A stretch of 53,852 bases of DNA from Clostridia bacterium (GTDB taxonomy: Bacteria > Bacillota > Sulfobacillia > SLMV01). The notes under the pieces are model-generated. The model saw only the letters and a program-made list of their open reading frames with translations, was not told the origin of the DNA and made no database searches. The stretch lies in NCBI GenBank assembly GCA_003552525.1, contig PUNF01000189.1, positions 1-53,852 of the forward strand. Direction: 5' to 3'. Below are positions 27,949 to 36,625 of the stretch, one piece after another (within the stretch, counting starts at the first letter, position 1; every line of letters starts with the position of its first letter). The position numbers were made by a program, and so were the translations under genes.

Positions 27949-28782
27949 CTAGACCGAGATCACAACACTGCCTCGTCCCGCGTGGGTGGCGATCACCGCA
28001 CCCATCGGGAGGACCATGACATCGCGGGGGGAGAGCGCCGCCGCGCGCTCTGCGAGCCATTCCGCCCACTCGTGGTTGTCCGCATGGCTGATGATGATGA
28101 GGCGATCCTCGATGTTCACAGCCTGCTCTTGCATCAGCTGCACGATGCGAGCGAAGAGCTGCTCGGTGCCCCTCACCTTCTCCAGCACTTCTATGGCACC
28201 GTCCACGTTGTGACAGAGCACGCGTATATTCATAAAATCCGCGATTCGACCCTGTAAACGCGACAGGCGTCCACCCTTGACCAGGTTCGTCAGGTCGAGG
28301 AAGCCCTGGAATATCCGGATGTGCTCGCGATACTCGCGCAGATAGTCCATGACCTCTTCGAGATCCTTGCCCTCACGCAACAGTTGTGCTGCCCGGAGCA
28401 CCTGGGCGCCCTCGGCAGACGTTGCCGCCTTGGTGTCGAACACCTCGATTTGGGCATCAGGAAGCATTTCCGCCGCCATTCGGGCGGATTGGGCCGTGCC
28501 ACTAAGCTTTTCGGATATGGTCATGCAAAGGATCGGTCCCTTGGGGGCCAAACGCTCAAACACCTCGTAAAACGCTCCCGGGGAGGGTTGGGATGTGGTC
28601 GGCAGATCCCGAGACTGTGACATGCGATCCAGGAAGGTTTCGATGGGGATGCTGCCGTCTTCGAAGGTGTCTTCGCCCTGCGTGACCGTCAATGGTACGC
28701 AGGTAATGCCATACTCGTTCAGCAGTTCCTCGGGCAGGTCGGCGGCACTGTCGGTTACCAGCTGTACACCGGATGCGTGCAA
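27949..28782 (-). CDS. DegV family fatty-acid-binding protein
   Basis: VQLVTDSAADLPEELLNEYGITCVPL.., TTSQPSPG and HAGRGSVVISV. TTG 28782 is preceded by GAAAGGGGTG; the track start 28830 would overlap ahcY. Confidence 0.85.
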   Translation of the reverse strand: MHASGVQLVTDSAADLPEELLNEYGITCVPLTVTQGEDTFEDGSIPIETFLDRMSQSRDLPTTSQPSPGAFYEVFERLAPKGPILCMTISEKLSGTAQSARMAAEMLPDAQIEVFDTKAATSAEGAQVLRAAQLLREGKDLEEVMDYLREYREHIRIFQGFLDLTNLVKGGRLSRLQGRIADFMNIRVLCHNVDGAIEVLEKVRGTEQLFARIVQLMQEQAVNIEDRLIIISHADNHEWAEWLAERAAALSPRDVMVLPMGAVIATHAGRGSVVISV

Positions 28783-28817
28783 TTTGGCACCCCTTTCGCG
28801 AAATGATGCTCCGGTTC

Positions 28818-30038
28818 CTATGTTTTCCAACTATTGAGATATTGGCGCTGTTGCTCGGTGAGCATATCCATCGTCACACCCAGCGCCTCCAGCCGAAGTG
28901 CAGCGACGCGCCGATCGATGTCGTCACCAACGGGATAGACCGCGGGTGGAAGACCGGGGTTTTCCGCCACGTACTTCAGGGCCAGAAGCTGCAGCGCAAA
29001 GCTCATGTCCATGATCTCCGCGGGATGGCCATCGGCACACGCCAGGTTAACCAGGCGTCCTTCTCCGAGCAGGTATAGTCGGGCTCCGTCCGGGCGCGTA
29101 TAGCGGCGGATCCCTTCACGGACGATCGTGTATGCACCACATAGGTCGGCCAGATCCCCTACGGCTACCTCTACGTCGAAGTGGCCCGCGTTGGCGAGAA
29201 TGGCCCCATCCTTCATCCGTTCGAAGTGTCGACGGGCGATCACGTCACGGCACCCGGTGACGGTAATGAAGATATCTCCCTCAGGCGCGGCCCGTTCCAT
29301 GGTGGTGACTTGGCACCCGTCCATCAGCGCCTCGTTGGCGGCCACCGGATCCACCTCGGTCACGGTAACACGGGCGCCGAGGCCCATGGCGCGCAGGGCA
29401 ACGCCCTTGCCGCACCAGCCGTAGCCGGCCACGACCACGTGTTTTCCTGCGACGACCAGGTTGGTAGCCCGAACGATCCCGTCCCACACCGACTGGCCCG
29501 TTCCATACCGGTTATCGAAGAGGTACTTGCTGAGTGCGTCATTTACCGCCAACACGGGAAAAGCCAGGCGGCCTTCCGCCCCGAGAGCCCGGAGCCTTAA
29601 TAAGCCCGTCGTCGTTTCCTCGGCGCCCCCGAGAACCTCCTCGGCCAAATCGGGGCGACCATCGTGCAGCAGGCCGATGAGATCCCCACCGTCATCGATG
29701 ATCAGGTGCGGACGCGTCCCTGCCACGGCCTCCACGAAGGCGTCGTATTCCTCGGCGGAGCACCCATGTCGGGCGTGTACCGAAACGCCCTCCGCCGCCA
29801 GGGCAGCGGCGACATCGTCCTGGGTGCTCAGCGGGTTCGACCCGGCAATGGCGACGTCGGCCCCGAGGTCGGACAGCAGCATGGCCAGGTACGCGGTCTT
29901 CGCCTCCAGGTGAAGACAAATCGCCACCCGGTATCCAGAGAAGGGTTGCTCTTGCATCAATTCCTCGCGGAGCCGCTGCAGCACGGGCATGTGTGCGCGT
30001 GCCCATTCAATCTTCCTTTGGCCTTGATCAATATCCAT
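28818..30038 (-). CDS. ahcY: Adenosylhomocysteinase (short form)
   Basis: HLEAKTAYL, IIDDGGDL, EETTTG, GYGWCGKG (NAD site) and GHFDVE motifs; 406 aa. Confidence 0.93.
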   Translation of the reverse strand: MDIDQGQRKIEWARAHMPVLQRLREELMQEQPFSGYRVAICLHLEAKTAYLAMLLSDLGADVAIAGSNPLSTQDDVAAALAAEGVSVHARHGCSAEEYDAFVEAVAGTRPHLIIDDGGDLIGLLHDGRPDLAEEVLGGAEETTTGLLRLRALGAEGRLAFPVLAVNDALSKYLFDNRYGTGQSVWDGIVRATNLVVAGKHVVVAGYGWCGKGVALRAMGLGARVTVTEVDPVAANEALMDGCQVTTMERAAPEGDIFITVTGCRDVIARRHFERMKDGAILANAGHFDVEVAVGDLADLCGAYTIVREGIRRYTRPDGARLYLLGEGRLVNLACADGHPAEIMDMSFALQLLALKYVAENPGLPPAVYPVGDDIDRRVAALRLEALGVTMDMLTEQQRQYLNSWKT

Positions 30039-30053
30039 CTTCTCGCCTCACCT

Positions 30054-30827
30054 CTACTCTTTGTGTGCTCGGGCAAATCCGCAAAAGAGCGCCGCCAGGA
30101 GATCCGCCAGTTGTTTCGCATTCTCCTCCATGGCTTCCACGACCTCTTCGTGGGTCAAGGGCGACGGTGAGAGGCCGGCTCCCAGGTTGGTTATCAGGGC
30201 AACCGCGGCGTACGATAGGCCCGCCTCCCGGGCCAGCACCACCTCTGGAACGTTGGTCATCCCCACGACATCCCCACCGAGGCCCGCGAACATCGCAACC
30301 TCGGCTGTGGTTTCGAATCGTGGACCCTCTGTGCACACGTACGTGCCCCGCGACTCCAGCTCAATCCCCGCCCGCTGGGCGGCCTGTATGAGCAGCTTCC
30401 GTACGGTGGCGTCGTAAGGTTGTGTCATGTCCGTGTGTTCCACACGTCCATCTCCGTCGAAAAACGTCGACGGCCGACAACGGGTGAAGTCGAGGAATTG
30501 ATCGAGGAGGACGAGGCGACCCGGAGGCAAGTCCCGTCGCAGCGACCCCACTGCGGCCGTTGCCACGACCGCGCCGACCCCGAGGTCCTGCAGTGCCGCG
30601 ATATTTGCGCGGTAGTTGACCCGGTGCGGGGGGATCGTGTGCTCCGTTCCGTGGCGCGCGAGAAACACGACTTCCGCCGATGACCCTGAGTCATCAGCGA
30701 ACCTGCCAAACCGGAGCAATGCCTGCCCATAGGCAGTATCATGGACATGGGCATCGCCCAGGCGAAGGCCCGGCACATCATATACCCCGGTGCCGCCGAT
30801 AATGGCTACATCCGGGCTACGACTCAT
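30054..30827 (-). CDS. mtnP: S-methyl-5'-thioadenosine phosphorylase
   Basis: VAIIGGTGVYD, FLARHG..HTIPPHRVNYRANI, TEGPRFET and VGMT motifs. Confidence 0.9.
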   Translation of the reverse strand: MSRSPDVAIIGGTGVYDVPGLRLGDAHVHDTAYGQALLRFGRFADDSGSSAEVVFLARHGTEHTIPPHRVNYRANIAALQDLGVGAVVATAAVGSLRRDLPPGRLVLLDQFLDFTRCRPSTFFDGDGRVEHTDMTQPYDATVRKLLIQAAQRAGIELESRGTYVCTEGPRFETTAEVAMFAGLGGDVVGMTNVPEVVLAREAGLSYAAVALITNLGAGLSPSPLTHEEVVEAMEENAKQLADLLAALFCGFARAHKE

Positions 30828-31338
30828 CGTCCGACCGATCCTCGCGGGTGTCGTCCGTTAACCGTGCGTCATCCTCTGCGTACGAGGCATCCCGGGCAAC
30901 CATCATCTCGTGCATGCCGGCGAGGGAGTCCCGGATCGTACGGCGTTCGCCATCGCTCAGGTGCCCGAGGACATCGGACAGGTAACGGATACGGGCCGCC
31001 ATGACTTCTTTGAGGAGCGCGTGTCCCCTGGGCCGCGGGCGTAGCCGTATCACCCGCTTGTCCTTTTCGTCGCGAATCCGCTCCACGAGATCGGCCTTTT
31101 CCATGCGATTAATGAGGTCGGTTACGGTACTCGACGCCAGGTAGAGGTGGCGGCACAAACAACCCATGGTCAGGTCATCGTGGTGGATAATGGTCACCAG
31201 TGCGGTAAATTGCGGCGGCGTGATGTCAAAAGATGACAGGATGCTACGTCCTCGATAGCGCACGATGTGGCTGGTGCGACGAAGGAGATAGTCGATCTCC
31301 TCCACCAGGCACTCGAATGTTCGTTCCTCAGACATCAT
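30817..31338 (-). CDS. MarR family transcriptional regulator
   Basis: TPPQFTALVTIIHHDDLTMGCLCRHLYLASSTVTDLINRMEKADLVERIRDEKDKRV is a winged-HTH MarR signature. The stop overlaps the mtnP start by 11 nt. Confidence 0.85.
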   Translation of the reverse strand: MMSEERTFECLVEEIDYLLRRTSHIVRYRGRSILSSFDITPPQFTALVTIIHHDDLTMGCLCRHLYLASSTVTDLINRMEKADLVERIRDEKDKRVIRLRPRPRGHALLKEVMAARIRYLSDVLGHLSDGERRTIRDSLAGMHEMMVARDASYAEDDARLTDDTREDRSDDES

Positions 31339-31386
31339 CTTTCCTCCCTACGACGGGTGATAGATCAGGACAAGACCGTAAGTCCG

Positions 31387-31803
31387 CTACAGGCTTTCGT
31401 CGGGGAAGAAGAGGGTAATCTCCCTGGTCGCGGTATCGGGGCCGTCGGATCCGTGGACCAGGTTGTGGTCGATGTGCACACCGAAGTCACCCCGGATTGT
31501 GCCCGGAGCCGCTTCTGCGGGGTCGGTGGCACCCATGGTCGCCCGTACAGCGTTAATGGCGTTGGGACCCTCGAAGACCGATGCCACTACCGGTCCCGAT
31601 GTAATGTATTCGATCAACGTATCGTAAAAAGGCTTATCCCGGTGTACCCCGTAGTGTTCTTCGGCCAGTTCCCGCGAAACGCGCATGAACTTCAGGGCGC
31701 ACATCTTCAGGCCCCTTTTTTCGAAGCGCCCGAGGATCTCCCCCACCAAGCCTCGCTCGACACCGTCGGGTTTCACCATCGCAAAGGTCTTTTCTACTTC
31801 CAT
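31387..31803 (-). CDS. ndk: Nucleoside-diphosphate kinase
   Basis: EKTFAMVKPDGVERGLVGEI.., NLVHGSD (active-site His). ATG 31803; the track ORF extends to 31881. Confidence 0.95.
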   Translation of the reverse strand: MEVEKTFAMVKPDGVERGLVGEILGRFEKRGLKMCALKFMRVSRELAEEHYGVHRDKPFYDTLIEYITSGPVVASVFEGPNAINAVRATMGATDPAEAAPGTIRGDFGVHIDHNLVHGSDGPDTATREITLFFPDESL

Positions 31804-32131
31804 GCGTGTCGGGTCATCCTTCCCCCTTTCCTCAAGGGGTATACGACGCCCAAGCCTCACCTTCCTTTCCGTACGATCCATTCAACCACGTTAGCCCCAT
31901 TCCACCACAATACCTATGTCGACGGCAAGATGAACCCGGCCGCGCAAGGGTGTCGAGCCGTTCTGGGGGGATAACGACACACCCCGCGTGCAATATTTCG
32001 CTTCGGTTGATGTCGGCTGGCTGATGCCCGAATCAGTTTCGATAGTCCTCCAGTTGGCTTGGTTCCCAGATTCATGTGATGGGTGTGGCGTGCTTGGCAT
32101 CCCAGGCTCCTTTAGGGCAGTTCGTTTGGGT

Positions 32132-32590
32132 CTACCGCCCCCTGCGGCGATGTCCTCGGGCAAATTCATGTCGCGGGTACGATGCACCCACCCGTAGGGT
32201 GTAATCCGCGATATTCCCCTCAAGGTATTTCTCAATAGCCCGCAGTATCCCCATCAATGCCTGCACACTCCAACTCTGACCGCGTTTGCGGGTGCGGTTG
32301 AAGAAACGATTCACCCCCGATTCCGCCGCCTCCAAAGCTCGCATCCCCGCAGTGTCTATGCCCCAGCTCGGCAAACGTTGGGGGTAATCCAGGCAACGCT
32401 CCGAGTGCTGGGCAATATCGAAAAGTAGATCCTCCAACTTGTTACGCAAATCCCCCGCGGGTCACACCTGCAGCGCCTCGGAGAGCATATGCTGCAATCG
32501 AACAGTCTCCCCGGACGCCTGCGCCGATAATGCCTCCCCATATATTTGTGCCTCCAGCACCCCGCATAGGCTTTACTCATACAATCGGAA
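32132..32590 (-). pseudogene. Decayed transposase fragment (C-terminal part, broken by stops/frameshift)
   Basis: Two adjoining frames read ..EAQIYGEALSAQASGETVRLQHMLSEALQV* and then LRNKLEDLLFDIAQHSERCLDYP..GMRALEAAESGVNRFFNRTRKRGQSWSVQALMGILRAIEKYL. The RxRKRGxSWS tail recalls ISLre2/UPF0236-type DDE transposases (recalled, unverified). GC is locally lower and there is no intact catalytic region. Confidence 0.4.
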
Positions 32591-32663
32591 TTCCCGGTCC
32601 GTTCCTGGGGGGGGGAATCAATCCATATTCTGTGACCGCAGTGGCGCAGACTGGGCTTGGGGG

Positions 32664-34421
32664 TTACAGTCCCAGGGGCCATATCCAAAGCAGTGCCGGC
32701 ACACCCACGAGCACGACAATGATCTCCAGGGGAAGCCCCATTCGCCAGTAATCCCCGAACTGATAGCCTCCCGGGCCCATTACCAGGGTGTTGGATTGGT
32801 GTCCGATCGGGGTGAGGAATGCGCATGAGGCGCCTATCGCCACGGCCATGAGCAGGGGATCCGGGGAGGCCCCCATACCGATTGCGACCCTCAGTGCAAT
32901 CGGTGCGACCAAGACCGTGGCGGCTGCGTTATTGACCAGATCCGACAGAAACATGGTGCCCACCAGCACGATCGTCACTGTCATCCAGGGCGGTGTCCTC
33001 GATGACAGTGCCAATAGACCGTCGGCGATGAACTGCGCGCCCCCGGTGGTCTCGAGGGCGGCGCTGACCGGAATCATCGCCCCAAGGAGGACGATGATCG
33101 ACCAATCGATGCTGTCGTAGATCTCCCTCGGGGCAATCAGCCCAATCAATACCATGGCCAGGGCCGCCGTCACCAGGGACACCTGGGCCGGAACCAGGCC
33201 TACGGCCGCCGCCAGAAGGGCCAGCGCAAATACTCCGCCCGAGGCCATGAGCCTCCGCGGCATGCCGAGTTTCAGTCCGCGCTCCGCCAGCGGCAAGAAA
33301 CCCATTTCCGGGAGTATATCGGCCACCGGTTCCTCACCGACCTGAAGTAACAGGACATCTCCCGCCCTCAGGCGGACATTTCCGAGCCTCCCGCGCAGGC
33401 TGCTGCCCTGGCGAGAGACACCCAGGAGGTTCACCCCGTACCGTCGGCGCAGGTTTAGGTTCACGGCGGTTCTGCCTTCCGCGCGCGAGCCGGGGGCTAC
33501 AACCACCTCCGCCAACACTAGGTCTTCGGGCCTCACTGTCCCCTCCGCGGGATCCGAGTCTTCCGCCATTTCCATCCCGAGGTCATCGGTGAGGTACTTG
33601 AGATTGTCCGTGTCGGCCCGGACTATCAAGACGTCGTCGCGCCGCAGTATGCGCGTGCGAGAGGGTGCCGGCAATCGCCGTTCACCCCTGGCAATCGCCA
33701 CGACCGAGATCTCGTGATCGCCCTCATCGATGGCACTCAGTGGCTTACCCTCAGCGCTCGAGCCTTCCGGAATCCTTAGTTCGGTTAGGTACGTACCGAT
33801 GTCGAACCGGTCCTCCGGCGAGGTGGCACCCTTTCGCCGGGGGACCAGCCGCCAGCCGACCAGGACGATGAAGACCACTCCCGATATCGCGATGAGACCC
33901 CCGACGGGGGCGAACTCGAACATGCGGAAGGCTTCGAGCCCGGCTTCCGCCCGAAAAGTGGCGATGATGATATTTGGCGGTGTTCCGATTAGGGTCGTCA
34001 GTCCACCGAGCAACGAGCCGAAGGCCATGGGCATGAGCAGGCCTGAGGCAGGATTGCCCGAACGGGAGGCGATCTTGAGGGCCACCGGCATGAACAGGGC
34101 CAAGGCGCCGACGTTGTTGATAAACGCGGAGCAGACAGCGACCAAGGAGGTAAGTACCGCGATCTGTATGATCAGGTTGTCGCCCACCCGAGAGACCAGG
34201 CCTACCAGGGCGTCGACCAGCCCCGAGTTAAGAAGTCCCCGGCTGATTATCAACACCGCCGCCACGGTGATGACAGCCGGGTGACCGAACCCCAGGAAGG
34301 CCTCTTCTGCGGGTATCGCGCCCATCAGGGTCACGGTTATCAATCCCATGAGGGCGACGAGATCATATCGGACTTTCGAAGTGGCGAATAATACCAGCAT
34401 CACCGCGAGGATTGCCATCAC
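32664..34421 (-). CDS. SLC13/DASS-family permease with two central TrkA-C (RCK_C) domains
   Basis: N- and C-terminal multi-TM halves (FINNVGALALFMP..; SDLVNNAAATVLVAPIA) flank a soluble duplicated region (LTELRIPEGSSAEGKPL.. / LAEVVVAPGSRAEGRT..). 585 aa. Confidence 0.85.
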   Translation of the reverse strand: MMAILAVMLVLFATSKVRYDLVALMGLITVTLMGAIPAEEAFLGFGHPAVITVAAVLIISRGLLNSGLVDALVGLVSRVGDNLIIQIAVLTSLVAVCSAFINNVGALALFMPVALKIASRSGNPASGLLMPMAFGSLLGGLTTLIGTPPNIIIATFRAEAGLEAFRMFEFAPVGGLIAISGVVFIVLVGWRLVPRRKGATSPEDRFDIGTYLTELRIPEGSSAEGKPLSAIDEGDHEISVVAIARGERRLPAPSRTRILRRDDVLIVRADTDNLKYLTDDLGMEMAEDSDPAEGTVRPEDLVLAEVVVAPGSRAEGRTAVNLNLRRRYGVNLLGVSRQGSSLRGRLGNVRLRAGDVLLLQVGEEPVADILPEMGFLPLAERGLKLGMPRRLMASGGVFALALLAAAVGLVPAQVSLVTAALAMVLIGLIAPREIYDSIDWSIIVLLGAMIPVSAALETTGGAQFIADGLLALSSRTPPWMTVTIVLVGTMFLSDLVNNAAATVLVAPIALRVAIGMGASPDPLLMAVAIGASCAFLTPIGHQSNTLVMGPGGYQFGDYWRMGLPLEIIVVLVGVPALLWIWPLGL

Positions 34422-34566
34422 GGAGAATTGGGCGATGGAATCGGGGATGGCCGATCACCTCTCTTTGGCAAGTCCATGGCTCAAGTTCCCGGGTCGGTGC
34501 GCAGAATATCACTGCCGGCCTCCGGGGAACTTCTCCGCGTTGCCTCGATATCCTACCCCGGGTGCG

Positions 34567-34595
34567 TTGTTCCCACCCAAACCGTTTGCTACACT
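34567..34595 (+). promoter_or_regulatory. Putative promoter of the riboswitch-ECF operon
   Basis: TTGTTC (34567-34572), 17 nt, TACACT (34590-34595). This would place the transcription start about 20 nt upstream of the riboswitch P1. Confidence 0.4.
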
Positions 34596-34625
34596 ATTGG
34601 CATTGACGGTATCGATCCCAGGGAT

Positions 34626-34728
34626 AAATTCTCCGAGTCCGGCTACCTAAGGCGACGGCTAGGGTGGACGGGCCGGCAGGGTTCGCGCGGGAAACCCGGG
34701 AGCCTCCCGTAATTGGAAAGGGGAATTT
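34626..34728 (+). promoter_or_regulatory. Moco (molybdenum/tungsten cofactor) riboswitch candidate, translational type
   Basis: The 3' segment AGCCTCCCGTAATTGGAAAGGGG (34701-34723) is nearly the same as the E. coli moaA leader CGCCUCCCGUAUCUGGAAAGGUG as I recall it. The 5' side carries the conserved-looking CTCCGAG (34631-34637). AAATTCTCC (34626-34634) can pair with GGGGAATTT (34720-34728), occluding the SD. Internal CCGGC/GCCGG and CGGG-AAA-CCCG helices are present. ATG follows at 34733. Confidence 0.65.
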
Positions 34729-34732
34729 GCAC

Positions 34733-35002
34733 ATGCCGCCAGTACAGGCCATTCGCGCCTCGCATCGAGCGCTTGATCACGGTCGCGGTTCGCAACCACT
34801 CTCCCTGGCTTTCACGCACCCGGGATCTGTTCTTTCCCCCCCGCCACCCGATGGGAACGCATGGCGCAGCCCAAGTCCCATGTCATCTCGAGCGTTCTTC
34901 CACCGGAGGGGACGGGATGTGCCCGCGATCGGTGGAAGTGTCAGCACCACTTGTAACGCGGGGCGCGTCACGTTGTCGGTTGGGGATGCGTTGCGATCAT
35001 GA
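34733..35002 (+). CDS. 89-codon riboswitch-gated upstream ORF (hypothetical protein or leader)
   Basis: The ATG is 10 nt after the riboswitch GGAAAGGGG SD. The ORF ends in an ATGA overlap with the S-component start. The product is Arg/Ser/Pro-rich with no recognisable family, so it may serve only for translational coupling. Confidence 0.3.
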   Translation: MPPVQAIRASHRALDHGRGSQPLSLAFTHPGSVLSPPPPDGNAWRSPSPMSSRAFFHRRGRDVPAIGGSVSTTCNAGRVTLSVGDALRS

Positions 35003-35610
35003 CGGAAGGACGTCGCGGATTCTCGCTTCAACACTTCACCATATTCGACCTCATCGTAATCGCCCTGATGGCCGGGCTGGGTATCGCCACGAAACCGATC
35101 GTGGTTCCCCTGGCACACATTATTACCGGGCCACTATTCATCCCCGGGGGCGTACTCGCCGGCGGCTTTTATATGATGTGGATCGTCTTGGCTGCCGCGC
35201 TCGTGGGAAAGCCGGGTACCGCGACACTCGCCGCGGTTGTCCAGGCCATCGTTGTGATGGCGCTGGGCATCTACGGCACACACGGGATCGCCAGCCTCGT
35301 GACCTACGTCCTGCCCGGTGTCGCGGTGGATTTGGTTATGCTGCTGGCCGGGACACGCGCACGATCGCTCCTACCATGCTTTTTGGCCGGCATCGCCGCC
35401 AACATGACCGGTACCTTCCTGGTGAACCTCGCGTTCTTCCGACTCCCCGCGGTCCCCTTGCTGTTGAGCATTTTCACGGCTGCCCTGTCGGGCGGATTGG
35501 GTGGATGGATCGCCTACAGCGTGGCGCAACAATTCTCCCTGGGTACGGGCATGCTGGCCCGATCCGGTGCGAACACGACGCATGATGCAAATGTCCCGAG
35601 GAGGAAATAG
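34999..35610 (+). CDS. ECF transporter substrate-specific (S) component, YkoE-like (COG4721-type)
   Basis: 203 aa with about 6 TM segments. GPLFIPGGVLAGGFYMMWIVLAAALVGKPGTATLAAVVQAIV parallels the B. subtilis YkoE segment ..PIYGIWFIVSVIAAYMIRKPGAALVSEII.. (recalled). Confidence 0.72.
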   Translation: MTEGRRGFSLQHFTIFDLIVIALMAGLGIATKPIVVPLAHIITGPLFIPGGVLAGGFYMMWIVLAAALVGKPGTATLAAVVQAIVVMALGIYGTHGIASLVTYVLPGVAVDLVMLLAGTRARSLLPCFLAGIAANMTGTFLVNLAFFRLPAVPLLLSIFTAALSGGLGGWIAYSVAQQFSLGTGMLARSGANTTHDANVPRRK

Positions 35611-35611
35611 T

Positions 35612-35905
35612 ATGAGCAGGGGGTTCTGGATCTCCGTATTGGTCATAGCCGGAATCGTGGCTATACTGGCCTTCCTGTTTGCGGATGCACCTCCGCCAAA
35701 CCATCAATCCCGTATGCCGCGGGATGACGAGGCCATGCCAAGGGTGGCAACCGGGGTCCATACCCCGGCGACCCCACCCCGCTTCGGGGAACGGGCCCCG
35801 GAATCACCCGACGGTGCCCTCGGTGAAACCGGCGTTACGGGCGCAGCGGATCACCACTTTCTCGTACAGGACGCGATGCGTTCTACGGCAGGCAGTGGTG
35901 CATGA
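35612..35905 (+). CDS. Small single-pass membrane protein (97 aa), hypothetical
   Basis: GGAGGA lies 7 nt upstream. N-terminal TM segment FWISVLVIAGIVAILAFLF is followed by a Pro-rich tail. The start is 1 nt after the S-component stop and the end overlaps the ecfA1 ATG (ATGA). Confidence 0.5.
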   Translation: MSRGFWISVLVIAGIVAILAFLFADAPPPNHQSRMPRDDEAMPRVATGVHTPATPPRFGERAPESPDGALGETGVTGAADHHFLVQDAMRSTAGSGA

Positions 35906-36624
35906 TGGAAACGCTACTTTGTGCCAGCGGCCTCGGGTTCCGCTTTCGTCCCGGCGCACCCCCGCTATTTGACGAGGTGGATCTGGCGCTGCAGCCGGGC
36001 CAGGTCACCGCCATCATCGGACCGAGCGGTAGCGGGAAGACGACGCTCTGCCACTGCCTCAGCGGCATCATTCCGTTGCTCCGAGGTGGCGAGACCTGGG
36101 GATCGGTCACGATCAAGGGAAAACCCGTGGATCAGATGCGCATCCCGGAGATCGCGCGCAACCTGGGCATGGTGTCCCAGGACCCCGAAGCCGGCCTATT
36201 CTTCCCCGTGGTTGAAGATGAAGTTGCGTTCGGCCCCGAGAACCTTTGCCTAGAACCTCCCGTCATTCGAGCGCGCATCGATGAGGCTCTAGGGAACGTG
36301 GGAATCACCGATTTGCGCCTGCGAAATCCCCACCGGCTGTCTGGCGGAGAGAAGCAACTCGTGGCAACGGCTTCCGTGTTGAGCTTACACCCGGAAATCC
36401 TCATCCTCGACGAGGCGCTATCGCAGCTCGACGGACGTGGCCGCTGGATGATGGAACGCTTGATTCTTCGGCTGCGCGCAACGGGCAAGGCGATTCTCAT
36501 GGTGACGCATGATCCGAACCACCTCGATGTGGCCGACCACACCTTCATTCTTTCAAACGGACGGCTCTCCCCTTTCCACGGTGACTGGGCTGCATTTCCC
36601 GCGGGACCGGAAGGAGCATGCTGA
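35902..36624 (+). CDS. ECF transporter ATPase component (EcfA1-like)
   Basis: Walker A GPSGSGKTT, signature LSGGEKQ, Walker B ILILDEALSQLD, H-loop THD. Confidence 0.9.
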   Translation: MMETLLCASGLGFRFRPGAPPLFDEVDLALQPGQVTAIIGPSGSGKTTLCHCLSGIIPLLRGGETWGSVTIKGKPVDQMRIPEIARNLGMVSQDPEAGLFFPVVEDEVAFGPENLCLEPPVIRARIDEALGNVGITDLRLRNPHRLSGGEKQLVATASVLSLHPEILILDEALSQLDGRGRWMMERLILRLRATGKAILMVTHDPNHLDVADHTFILSNGRLSPFHGDWAAFPAGPEGAC

Positions 36625-36625
36625 G

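Noticed and set aside
34713-35585. 290-aa plus-strand ORF spanning the riboswitch 3' end and the S-component gene
   Set aside because: It is in a different frame from the hydrophobic S component. The product is Arg/Cys/His-rich, and its start lies inside the riboswitch P1/SD region.
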